Below are positions 55,301-63,201 of a stretch of 64,000 nucleotides of DNA, piece by piece. The DNA comes from a virus. The position numbers and the translations under genes were made by a program. The stretch lies in IMG/VR virus record IMGVR_UViG_3300017971_000250, positions 20,920 to 84,919 of that record. One strand, written 5' to 3'. The first letter of the stretch is position 1; each line of letters opens with the position of its first letter. The notes below the pieces were generated by a model that was not told the origin of the DNA, searched no databases, and worked only from the letters and a program-made list of their open reading frames with translations.

Positions 55301-55934
55301 TGAGCATCGTATCCTCGGCAATCGTGGCGATCTTGTTGGAGACGTTCTTGGCGTGGTGCTGCCCGATCCAGTAGGTCTGGTGGGTCTTCATCGATTCGAC
55401 GGCCGCGTCGTCGACGACGCTGAATCGCGGTTTGATTTCGAAGGTGGTGCGCGGCTTCCCCTTCGCCTTGCGCACGTCGTCGAACGTCAGGTGTGGGGAG
55501 ACTGGACGGACCACGCGGTTGTTGGGATGCGCGTTCGCTCGGGCGGCCGCCTGGACCTTCGCTTCCCGATACGACGCGCGGAGCACCGCCTCGACGATGT
55601 GCTCCGTTCCCGCATCCCAGTTTTGGAAGGCGCGGTCGACTCGCTGCTTGACCGCTTCGACGTCGGCACGAGTAGGCCGCCCGTCCGGGTCCCCTTGGCC
55701 TGCGCGGTCGGTAGCATCACGCACCGCAACGCGAGCGGCCTTGGTGTAGGCCCGGACGAGCGTCTTGAATAGCCGCGCCTCCAGCGCGACGAACGGAGCC
55801 GTCGGATCCTTCGTCGCCGCCTTGACGAGGATCACGTCAGTGGCGACCAGCGCCTCCGCTAGCTGCTGCGGGGTGCTGTGCTCCAGGTCAGCACCCGGGG
55901 GTGCGGTGACCTGGTCAGTCGGCGAGCCGCCCAC
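52365..55934 (-). CDS. MuF/SPP1 gp7 minor head protein with HipA/PI3K-like kinase and ART-like C-terminal domains
   Basis: DERTCEVC...LPTYHFRCRC; WLFKP, FDWLISQHDTHSGN, FIDKG; LVH.....IL...GLIA, GGAVNVF, NET. Confidence 0.8.
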   Translation of the reverse strand: MGGSPTDQVTAPPGADLEHSTPQQLAEALVATDVILVKAATKDPTAPFVALEARLFKTLVRAYTKAARVAVRDATDRAGQGDPDGRPTRADVEAVKQRVDRAFQNWDAGTEHIVEAVLRASYREAKVQAAARANAHPNNRVVRPVSPHLTFDDVRKAKGKPRTTFEIKPRFSVVDDAAVESMKTHQTYWIGQHHAKNVSNKIATIAEDTMLKQGLSRREAAKALEASLKAEFGYDPKQPFGTAGTFGIPGKWNGSPIQYFEGVAANATTTARIAGKVQEYKEVGASLIEVIAAQDERTCEVCGFMDKKVFTLQQADTQVTELQGASEPNSVKLIQPWSRLKQINKDSLTTSKDTGRVAPHKAQALAKTGHCLPTYHFRCRCDIDIAEDATFKPYEEIPDAPEPAKPAEPPVTIPPKPPVAGQPLSAPLPKKPPPPPKPQPIKPPPDRPPDAFPFEESQMKDLGRQGLDGMHSKSVYEAPDGTRWLFKPQSEFRARGDVLAADMAKALGLETPDVYMTRLGGKVGSIQKMYTNVVSDYGSIAPSSLSATECSIIQRQHLFDWLISQHDTHSGNLIKLTNGHTVFIDKGQTFRFFGKDKLTLGYGASGTPNPSSTYYHTMFQSAIKGDAVQLAEINHRRIQGFLKAVDDMSDEAFANIIRPYALAAEKAYKEGAVRMGFSGQFWMKDLSADEFIAQAAARKRALRKEAEKFYKVLEKKLHPPVPKAPTVSIAAPEVSMPPGAVQQLDDVLVREIIESKWAGKAVMVGGSDFEEMQLLAYQVKGEGFLMEGKLRQGSMRKLEKVMQDPPRGYSVRRFREMPVRRREFNFTTREIEWTGETSSSLRRAAMTWEIKTPSGIEIEYTPFIAENTKNHFSASGQFVMRLPKAKGAADVTITEVKAMLGELKSLGLNSQIATADDIDLLYLRLVAENKGLGKRAAKVRETLTPATQKKKLRDLLSENNVPLTKERGFSSVPKFDHGTKFGRAYWEAPVTQAEEEFYQSHKLVHTITGTSKRISESLDKILSGTEGLIATEEKIRAGIGIAGMSPTADRASGGAVNVFTRIRKIKKGTGYGANSVGDMGNSYVLNPRKTMRKTTTFSYEGDRYGSMKTRARNTRLFNARDWAASADNYGNETTVRNFVDFSDALESVVVPNLQEKQEVLAVLRKHGIKKLGDRKIEQAITIVGRPLFE

Positions 55935-58800
55935 CTACCGGCTCCTTCTTCTTGCGCCCGGATCCGTTATCCCGCCCCTCCTCCATCTCGACAAAGAGAC
56001 GGCGTTCGAACTCCTCCTCTAGCGCATCCCGGACAGCGAGGATCGCCTGCAGCGGTCCGACCTCCAGCCGCTTCATCATTCCGTCTCCAGGATTCATGTC
56101 CTGGTTCTTCGCCGCCTCGGCGACCTGGAGCGTGAATGGGACATTCACGTCGATGCCGGTCACCGGGGGAAGCTCGCGGCCGACGATGTCGCCGATGATC
56201 TCGCGCGCCAGCCACGGGCTCATTCCGCCCGTGCGCTCCGCCGCCATCAGCACCCGGATCAGGTCCTGGTCGTCGGTGACGTTCGGCCCCTGCGAGACGA
56301 ACTTGTGGTAGACGATCCCCATTGCGGGAAAGAGGAACTTGTTGATCCAGTTATCGAAGGCAAGCCGCTCGGGAGCGAAGATTTGCTCGTCGGCCAGCTT
56401 CCGGCTCGCGTCGGCGGTCGCGCGGGTGTAGTCGTCTGAATTGCCCGAAATCAAGACGCGTCCATTGCGACGCGTAACGAGCGTTCCGTTCGGAACTGTG
56501 AAGCATGTCACTTTGCCAGAGTACGGGACAGTCCGGATCTGTTTTCGTGCCTGAAGAAGATGCCTGCTGTCACGATGCCCGTAGGAAATCCATCGAATGC
56601 TCCGATTCTCGCCCCGATCTTCTTCGCGTGTCGTGAGTGCGTACCCAAGCCGGAGTGCGATCTCATGTAATTGATCGCTTAGCACTCTTGATGTCGTCGA
56701 GTAGACGAAAGCGTCTTCCGTCCCAAGCGGAGGACGGTTTCCGTCGCCCTCGATCATTGCGTTGAGAAGACTCTCGATCTGTTCCTGTTCCAGGTCTAAC
56801 ACCCACCGAGGAAGGCGCTTATTAGAGCAGCCTACACCGCAATTCTCACGCAACCACTCCCACAACCCACTATGACAGATTGTCAGACTGTATTGCCCTG
56901 GACGGCCTTCGGTTCGACTAGGATCGAAGCCGAGTCGTTTGAGAACATCCACCATCCTCTCCAAAACCTCACCCTCGTTCTGTGAGAGCATGATCGGTCC
57001 ACGCCGTTCTGTCGTAGACCCCTCGGAGATAAAATAACCTAGGAATTGCAAAAACGCGTCCATGGACACGTCACGATTCGCATACTTCACTACCGCACGC
57101 TCTGCACGCTCGGTATCCCGATGCGGATTCTTGGACGGAGGCGATGCCCCGTCACGGCCGTTAATACGACCGCCTGGGGGAATCGCAAACCGTTCTATCT
57201 TTCTCCCTCTCCAAGACGCGGAGACTGGAATCTCCATGCAGCCACCATTTCCTCGCAAGCATTCGGTCGCAAGAGTGTCGGCGGCGAGAAATTCCCATGG
57301 CTTCGGCGTCCGCGACATAGCAGCGGTCGGACGCGTCCAAAAACGGTGATTCGGCGTAACCATCGCATCGATTCCACGATTCTGTAGATGGAGCAACTCC
57401 CCTTCAAAACTATAGCTGTGCCGTTCTGTAGGCACTTGATATTCTAATGCCCCCGATGCCGTGTTCATGGTCGCTACCGCCACACCATCCGCAACATCCT
57501 CGAATCGCTTCCAACCCACCTCGGTGAGGTATTCCGTGTCCTCCGAATGACATCCTCCGATGAAGATAGGCGGCAGCCGGAACGCCTCGCGGATCTTGTC
57601 GCGGTTCGCAGCGCCGTACTCCTGGAACATCATGTCGCGCATTTGCTCGTTGGTGAGCGGTTTGATTTCGAGCTTGATCTGACCCGTGTCCGTCCCGTCC
57701 TGAAGCTGCGACGGCTCGCCTTCGAGGATCAGGAACCGGCTCCAGTTTGCGGAGCCCTGAATCTGCGTCTGGACGAACTCACGGATCCGCTTCACCGAGC
57801 CGGAGGTGAGACGGCCGTTCGAGACGGTGATCGCCATCGACGGGATGTTGTTATTGCGCAGGGTCGTGAAGTTGACCTCCTCGGCGGAGCGGTCCCCCAT
57901 GATAGTGATCAGATTCCCGAGCCAGCGCGGCAGCCCGTAAGGGGTACGCGGAGAATGGTTGCAGAAGTAGATCAACTCATTGGCGCGCTTCTCGGGCTCC
58001 AGCTTCTCCCCATCAGGAGCGAACTTTCCGGTCTCCGCGTCCAGATCGCGCGGGTCCCCAAATTGCTTGAACCAGACCGGCTTGTCATTCGTCCCGACGG
58101 GCGGGACGACGACGTAGCGGCGGAAGTAGCGCTTCACCTTGACGTTTCTGATCTCGCGTGAGCCGTTATCTGTCAGCATCGCCATCGCCTGCTCCGTTTC
58201 GACCAGCTCGCGCCCCATGTGCGCCAGCCGGATACGGTAGCCGGGGACGTAGTTGAGGAATTGGATTTCGCCACTGACCGGACCCCGGATGACTTCCCAT
58301 CCTCCAAAACCGATCGACTCACGATCACGGCGCGTCTTCGAGCGTAGCTCGACGAATGTATCCTCGGCACTGCAATTGGCAAAGAAGTTAGTCAGTCGGG
58401 TGCGCTCGGCCTTGACTGCGATCTTGAGCCGATCGGGGCATTCGGGATCGTCGGTGTTGACGAGGCGCTGGAAAGCATGCCCGAAGCCCTCGATGTTGAC
58501 GACCATGACGTCGATGCACTTCCCAAGGTGAGCGGACTGCTCTGGTAGCATCGCCAAGACCAGTGGCTCGAATGGCGGGGAGATGACCTCGTTGCGGGAC
58601 ATCGATCCGAATCCCTCAGAGGGAAACGTACGTGGCCGCCCACTCGTCGCGGTTCCTTTCTCGATACCGACCGGCCCAATGATGAAGGCTCGCGCGGCAC
58701 CGCTCGCCCGCTTCTGCATTTCGGCCGCTTCGGTTCCCGGCTGCGGATTGCCTTCGCCCGGAACTGCGCGCCGCCTTGCTTTCGTCTCTTTGCTGGACAC
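55915..58800 (-). CDS. Portal protein, intein-containing
   Basis: SPPFEP, DRESIGFGGWEVIR, ANELIYF, PYGLPRW, AFRLPPIFIG, DYTRATA; follows TerL. Confidence 0.92.
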   Translation of the reverse strand: MSSKETKARRRAVPGEGNPQPGTEAAEMQKRASGAARAFIIGPVGIEKGTATSGRPRTFPSEGFGSMSRNEVISPPFEPLVLAMLPEQSAHLGKCIDVMVVNIEGFGHAFQRLVNTDDPECPDRLKIAVKAERTRLTNFFANCSAEDTFVELRSKTRRDRESIGFGGWEVIRGPVSGEIQFLNYVPGYRIRLAHMGRELVETEQAMAMLTDNGSREIRNVKVKRYFRRYVVVPPVGTNDKPVWFKQFGDPRDLDAETGKFAPDGEKLEPEKRANELIYFCNHSPRTPYGLPRWLGNLITIMGDRSAEEVNFTTLRNNNIPSMAITVSNGRLTSGSVKRIREFVQTQIQGSANWSRFLILEGEPSQLQDGTDTGQIKLEIKPLTNEQMRDMMFQEYGAANRDKIREAFRLPPIFIGGCHSEDTEYLTEVGWKRFEDVADGVAVATMNTASGALEYQVPTERHSYSFEGELLHLQNRGIDAMVTPNHRFWTRPTAAMSRTPKPWEFLAADTLATECLRGNGGCMEIPVSASWRGRKIERFAIPPGGRINGRDGASPPSKNPHRDTERAERAVVKYANRDVSMDAFLQFLGYFISEGSTTERRGPIMLSQNEGEVLERMVDVLKRLGFDPSRTEGRPGQYSLTICHSGLWEWLRENCGVGCSNKRLPRWVLDLEQEQIESLLNAMIEGDGNRPPLGTEDAFVYSTTSRVLSDQLHEIALRLGYALTTREEDRGENRSIRWISYGHRDSRHLLQARKQIRTVPYSGKVTCFTVPNGTLVTRRNGRVLISGNSDDYTRATADASRKLADEQIFAPERLAFDNWINKFLFPAMGIVYHKFVSQGPNVTDDQDLIRVLMAAERTGGMSPWLAREIIGDIVGRELPPVTGIDVNVPFTLQVAEAAKNQDMNPGDGMMKRLEVGPLQAILAVRDALEEEFERRLFVEMEEGRDNGSGRKKKEPVGGRLAD
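56440..57552 (-). mobile_element. Intein in portal (371 codons) with in-frame LAGLIDADG endonuclease
   Basis: IFIGG|CHSEDTEYLT...VTPNH...FLGYFISEGS...LLNAMIEGDG...VTCFTVPNG...ISGN|SDDY. Confidence 0.93.
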
Positions 58801-58810
58801 GGCTTCCCTC

Positions 58811-60331
58811 CTAGATCAGCCCCGGCTCCTCGCGGGGCTCCATCGCGCGCCCGGTGCGCGCCTCGGATGCGTGAATCGCCAGGTCGGTCGCGTCGAACAA
58901 GTCGTCGGGCGAGGTATCATCGCCTCGGAAGAGCACCAGGTGATCGATGAGATCGGTGTGCGCGCCCCGAACGAAGTGGACGTTTCCCGCTTCGGTGCGC
59001 GCGGAGAGCTTCGCTGCCCTGATCGGCTTGTTCTTGTTCGTGATCTGTGGGTAGGCATTGAGCCAGGGTGCCTGGCGACGCACCTCCTGGAACTGCGCCT
59101 TCTGATACGCATTCGATTCGATCGCGGTTCGATTCGGCCGGTAGCGCTTCCCGAACTCGATAATCTTCTCGGTCTGCTTGTGGAACGGCAGCCCCTGCTT
59201 CTCGTAGAACGTCCACACCCAAATATCGTCCCATCGTTGCGGGACACGGCCGATCACAACAATCGCAAACTTGTCGGCCCGCTTCGAATCGCCGATCGCC
59301 AGGTCGACGCCCATGAAGATTTCGACGTCGTGAGGCGAGGGGAAGTCAGCAGCGTCGACCTGGTGCAGGTCTCCGAGCGGGAAGTAGGAGCCCTTCATCG
59401 GGTCATAGTTGCAGAGCCATTGCGAAGCAAAGATCACAGTGCCGACTTTGCGTCGCTTGCGCTCGATCCAGTCGCGCGGATAGCGATCCGGCCAAACGGG
59501 GGTCCCATTCGGCTTCACGATTGGGATCACGAGCGTGCGCTCTTTCATATCGGTCTGCAGGAAGTGCCACCAGAGGTCGTCGATCTGATACGGGGTGCCG
59601 TTGTAGTGTTTCTGTCCGCACTCCGGATCGTCAGGGTAGGCGGCCGGAGGGAGCCCGCAGGGATCCAGCACGCGGTCGTGCCATTCCTGGAGCCGCTTGC
59701 GTTGGTAGGCGGTCGCTGAGTTTTCCTCCTCGACCAGGTCGTCGCCGAAGATGATGCGGTAGTGCTTCGAGGCGACCGCGCCCTCAACGCCGACGGTATT
59801 GATGGTCGGCGTGACGCGCTTCCGGGCAACGCCCGCGACGTCGATTGCCTCCTCGGTCCAGCGATACTCACCAACGAAGTCGCCAAAGATCTCGCGTAGC
59901 TTCTCGTTCGATTCGAAATGCCCTTTGATCTCGCCGAGCATATCCATCGAGTTGCCGTGCTTCTTGGAGCCGATCAGGATGGTGGTTTCGCGGTTGCGAA
60001 TGACCGCGCCGATCGATTTGACGACCGTGCGCATCGTCGTCTTGCCGGAGCCCCGGAAGGCCAGCACCAGGTCCTCGCGGTGCCGGGCGGTGTGGGCAAG
60101 CATCCGATCGTGAAGGCCGCGACGGATCTTGTAACCGAGGACCTCGGTCGCCAAGACGTCGTCGCGGCCAGCAAGAACCGCACGACGAATCAGGGAGTTT
60201 TTCGTCTCCCTGATCCCTTCGTGAACCCGGACTAGCTCATCGCGGCCCGCCTTCTTGAATCGCTCCGACTCGAGGGTGCGGACGAAATCCAAACCGGGAT
60301 GCGCAACGAGTGATGGCTTGCCTGCTGGCAT
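58811..60331 (-). CDS. Terminase large subunit
   Basis: AFRGSGKTT, IFGDDL, NGTPY..DDL, MGVDLA, IESNAYQ, DDLFDA. Confidence 0.94.
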   Translation of the reverse strand: MPAGKPSLVAHPGLDFVRTLESERFKKAGRDELVRVHEGIRETKNSLIRRAVLAGRDDVLATEVLGYKIRRGLHDRMLAHTARHREDLVLAFRGSGKTTMRTVVKSIGAVIRNRETTILIGSKKHGNSMDMLGEIKGHFESNEKLREIFGDFVGEYRWTEEAIDVAGVARKRVTPTINTVGVEGAVASKHYRIIFGDDLVEEENSATAYQRKRLQEWHDRVLDPCGLPPAAYPDDPECGQKHYNGTPYQIDDLWWHFLQTDMKERTLVIPIVKPNGTPVWPDRYPRDWIERKRRKVGTVIFASQWLCNYDPMKGSYFPLGDLHQVDAADFPSPHDVEIFMGVDLAIGDSKRADKFAIVVIGRVPQRWDDIWVWTFYEKQGLPFHKQTEKIIEFGKRYRPNRTAIESNAYQKAQFQEVRRQAPWLNAYPQITNKNKPIRAAKLSARTEAGNVHFVRGAHTDLIDHLVLFRGDDTSPDDLFDATDLAIHASEARTGRAMEPREEPGLI

Positions 60332-60357
60332 GGAGCCTCACCTCCCGTCGGCCCGGT

Positions 60358-60735
60358 CTAGAAAACGGCCACGTCGATGTCGATCTTCGGATTCGTCCCC
60401 GTCAGCGTATGCACGGCAATGAAAAAGATCCGACCACGATTCTCGAACGTGATCACACCAGCCGCCGTCCCGAGGTCCTTCTCTGCGATGTCGGGATCGG
60501 CAACCCAGTCTGCAAGCACGTCGTCCCAAAAGAGCGGTCGGAGCTTCAGACTCGTCAGAGAGCCGCTGGCCAGGCGCGCACGCGCGTGACCGTACATATA
60601 CTCCGACGCCTGCACTCCGGCCGAGAGGGTCGAGGTCGTGATCGGGATCGTGTCAGCCGCTGCGACGGCGCGCCGATGAATCGCCCAGTCCGGCAGCTTC
60701 GCCGGGACGTTGTGTGATGTCGAGAGTCCAGGCAC
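60358..60735 (-). CDS. Hypothetical protein
   Basis: Operon packing; beta-rich sequence. Confidence 0.6.
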   Translation of the reverse strand: MPGLSTSHNVPAKLPDWAIHRRAVAAADTIPITTSTLSAGVQASEYMYGHARARLASGSLTSLKLRPLFWDDVLADWVADPDIAEKDLGTAAGVITFENRGRIFFIAVHTLTGTNPKIDIDVAVF

Positions 60736-60743
60736 GGGTCAGC

Positions 60744-61049
60744 CTATCCCCACGCCATCCACTTGATGTGCTCGGCGCTGGCGTTGATATCGGCATCGAC
60801 GCCAATGTCGAAGCCATCCGCCTGCGGCGCGATGCCGTTGGCGACGGTCGTCACGAGCGCGCCGGTTCCGGCCGCCAGCTCCTTGTAGACCTCGCCGTCA
60901 ATGAACGAGTCGATCCACGTCCCCTTGTCTCCGCTGGTGATATTGTAGACCTCAACGCGCTTCGGCGTGAACCCGAGTCCGCGCACTTCGATCTTCGCGC
61001 CGGTCCCGACAACGCCACCAGAGGCCATCTGTACACTCGGGCTTCCCAT
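60744..61049 (-). CDS. Hypothetical (virion-like) protein
   Basis: RBS GAGGA; GTG....V.GLGFTPKRV motif. Confidence 0.65.
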   Translation of the reverse strand: MGSPSVQMASGGVVGTGAKIEVRGLGFTPKRVEVYNITSGDKGTWIDSFIDGEVYKELAAGTGALVTTVANGIAPQADGFDIGVDADINASAEHIKWMAWG

Positions 61050-61109
61050 TTCCTCGATCCTCCTCTTAGGTCAATCTGCGAATCTGAGCACGGCTGCTCA
61101 CCGCTCAAA

Positions 61110-61138
61110 ACGCTACACCCGAACAACCTCTGCGTCAA
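61110..61138 (-). promoter_or_regulatory. Candidate promoter
   Basis: TTGACG-N17-TAGCGT, followed by TTTG. Confidence 0.45.
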
Positions 61139-61888
61139 TCATTCGGGAGGGGCCGTAGCTTTGCTCCGACGCACCAGGTTCCTGCGGAGCTTCACGCGCG
61201 CGCCCTTCGCGCGGTCGGCTCCGCGTCCAGCTATCCGCCTGCGGCGCTCGGTCTGATCGATGCGGTCGCCGTTGCCGCCGTCCGTCTCGATCGAAATCAC
61301 CCGACCGCTATCTTTATTTTCGGTCCCCGCATCGCCGACCAGGCGCTGGAGGCGGTTGAGTGCTCCCAATTCCTGCCGGACTAGCTCGCGCATCTTGTGA
61401 GGAGGAAGCTCGGCGATGAACTCGCCTTTGAGGATTTCGCGCCGTTGGGGAGCCTTCTGGAGGACGCCGAACTCCTGACCCCGCATCATCACCCGGTCCA
61501 GGATTTCACTCTTCGCCTTGACCGCACCGACGACGACGTGGGCAGTCTTGGGCTCCTTGCCAAAGCGCTCGATCGCGTCGTTCAGATCGCGGATGCAGCC
61601 TTCCTGGCGCAGGACGTAGTCGGCGAAGACCTCATTGGTCGGCCGTCCCATCGAAACGATCTCGGCATCCCGGACCGCCTTGCGCAAGACCTCGACGGCT
61701 TCGATCGGCCAGCTTTGCTCCTCGGCAATCGTCTCGTCGCTTTCCCCGTTGGCGATGGAGGCCCGTATCGTGGCGAGGTGCTGACGCAAGGTGGTGTCGC
61801 CTAGCTCGGTCCGTAGCCGCTCCAGGGTGAGCGGAACCGTGACGGCTCCCGGGGGACTGCCCGCTGGCGGGACGGATGCTGACGCCAT
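61139..61888 (-). CDS. Putative terminase small subunit
   Basis: First gene of the late operon; HTH-like ESDETIAEEQSW, helical oligomerisation segment, basic tail; RBS AGGAGG. Confidence 0.55.
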   Translation of the reverse strand: MASASVPPAGSPPGAVTVPLTLERLRTELGDTTLRQHLATIRASIANGESDETIAEEQSWPIEAVEVLRKAVRDAEIVSMGRPTNEVFADYVLRQEGCIRDLNDAIERFGKEPKTAHVVVGAVKAKSEILDRVMMRGQEFGVLQKAPQRREILKGEFIAELPPHKMRELVRQELGALNRLQRLVGDAGTENKDSGRVISIETDGGNGDRIDQTERRRRIAGRGADRAKGARVKLRRNLVRRSKATAPPE

Positions 61889-62104
61889 CGATACCTCCTG
61901 GACGGCAGCCTACCCTAGCGGCGGCACGCGGCACAAGCCCCGAGGCGACCCGGGGCCGCCGAGCACGGCCCCGGGCATGGGAGTGAGTGATGGCGGCCGC
62001 CTTGACCGCCCTGGCTACCTTCGAGGTTCGCTACGCCCTGATCATACCGCGCCCCCGGCCCCGGACACAATCCGCCAAATTTCGCCCGGCCGCGAGCCCG
62101 TAAC

Positions 62105-62237
62105 TGGCGGGGTCCGTAGGCGATAGCAGAAAGTTGCGGGAGGGACGAAGATTTCTCTTTACCTCCTGGGGGTTCGAGGCGATAATGATGGTGGTTGAGG
62201 GAAGGGACCCCGACCGGAAGGAGGAGCCGAGATGAAG
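62105..62237 (+). promoter_or_regulatory. Repeated early promoter-leader module, copy 2
   Basis: TTTACC-N17-GATAAT (62158-62186) with the shared upstream boxes and leader. Confidence 0.8.
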
Positions 62238-62314
62238 GCAACGAGGCAGGCGAAGGGGAACCGGGACGAGACGACGCCGACGGGGCGAAGCGGCAACGCA
62301 CCTGGGTGCGCGAG

Positions 62315-62644
62315 GTGACCGCCCTGATCAAAGAGCCGGTCGCCAAGGTCCTCAACCAGGACCCCAAGGACATGAAGCTGCGCTGGAGCCAGACGGCCGG
62401 TTGCGCCTGCGGCTGCTCGCCTGGCTGGATCGTTTCGGATTCCTGGACGATGGACACGGTTTGGGTCGACGTTCTCGACCCCGAGGAGCAAGCCCGGAAG
62501 GCCCGCACGAAGGTTCGCAACGAAATCATGGAGGCCGCGCACAAGGCCGCCGATGAAGCTGGAGAGGCCGCCGCCGCCGAGGCCCGCACGAAGACCCAGG
62601 CCGCCGAGGCCGCCCTGACCGAGATCGAATTCGTCAACTGCTAG
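62315..62644 (+). CDS. Hypothetical early protein with WSQxAGCxCGCSPG motif (start uncertain)
   Basis: Cys motif; GTG 62315 overlaps the stop of a 28-codon ORF starting at 62232. Confidence 0.6.
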   Translation: MTALIKEPVAKVLNQDPKDMKLRWSQTAGCACGCSPGWIVSDSWTMDTVWVDVLDPEEQARKARTKVRNEIMEAAHKAADEAGEAAAAEARTKTQAAEAALTEIEFVNC

Positions 62645-62673
62645 CCGCGCGGGAGCGCGGGGAGGGAAACGAG

Positions 62674-63135
62674 ATGGCCAGTGAATTTGAACGCCTGCAG
62701 ATAAAATACGAGAGCGTCGATGCCCTCGTCGGAGTCCTCCAGGATGCCGCCACGCGGCTGCGCGACCTGAATGCCGCCGAGCCGGACGACCCGGACACCT
62801 TCACTCCAATGCTGCGCAAGATCGAGGAACTTCTGGACGGCTCCCCGGACGGATTGGTTGAGCTAGCCAGGGACTTGGAGGCCGCGCGCGACGATGCGCG
62901 CGAGCGCCTTCACGACGAGGTCACCCTCGCCTGGCTACCCGGCCCGAACGCCGAGACGCCCGAGGAGCACCCGTTCGAGGCGCGCGCCGACTCGCTCCAC
63001 GAAGGCAAGCGCTGCGCGCGCAACCTGGTCTTCAGTGGGGCGGCCCGGGAGGTCCTGGTGACGCGCGGGGGAGTGACCCTGCACCGCGTCCAGCGCCAAG
63101 GCGACGACGTGATCGAGATACCGACGAAGGGTTGA
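62674..63135 (+). CDS. Hypothetical early protein, paralog A
   Basis: RBS GGAGG; similar to the next gene. Confidence 0.8.
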   Translation: MASEFERLQIKYESVDALVGVLQDAATRLRDLNAAEPDDPDTFTPMLRKIEELLDGSPDGLVELARDLEAARDDARERLHDEVTLAWLPGPNAETPEEHPFEARADSLHEGKRCARNLVFSGAAREVLVTRGGVTLHRVQRQGDDVIEIPTKG

Positions 63136-63201
63136 CGTCGGCTACAATGCAAGAATCCGCGTGGCCGCTAGGGGTCGCGCGCTACCGAGGAGGGAAGGAA
63201 G

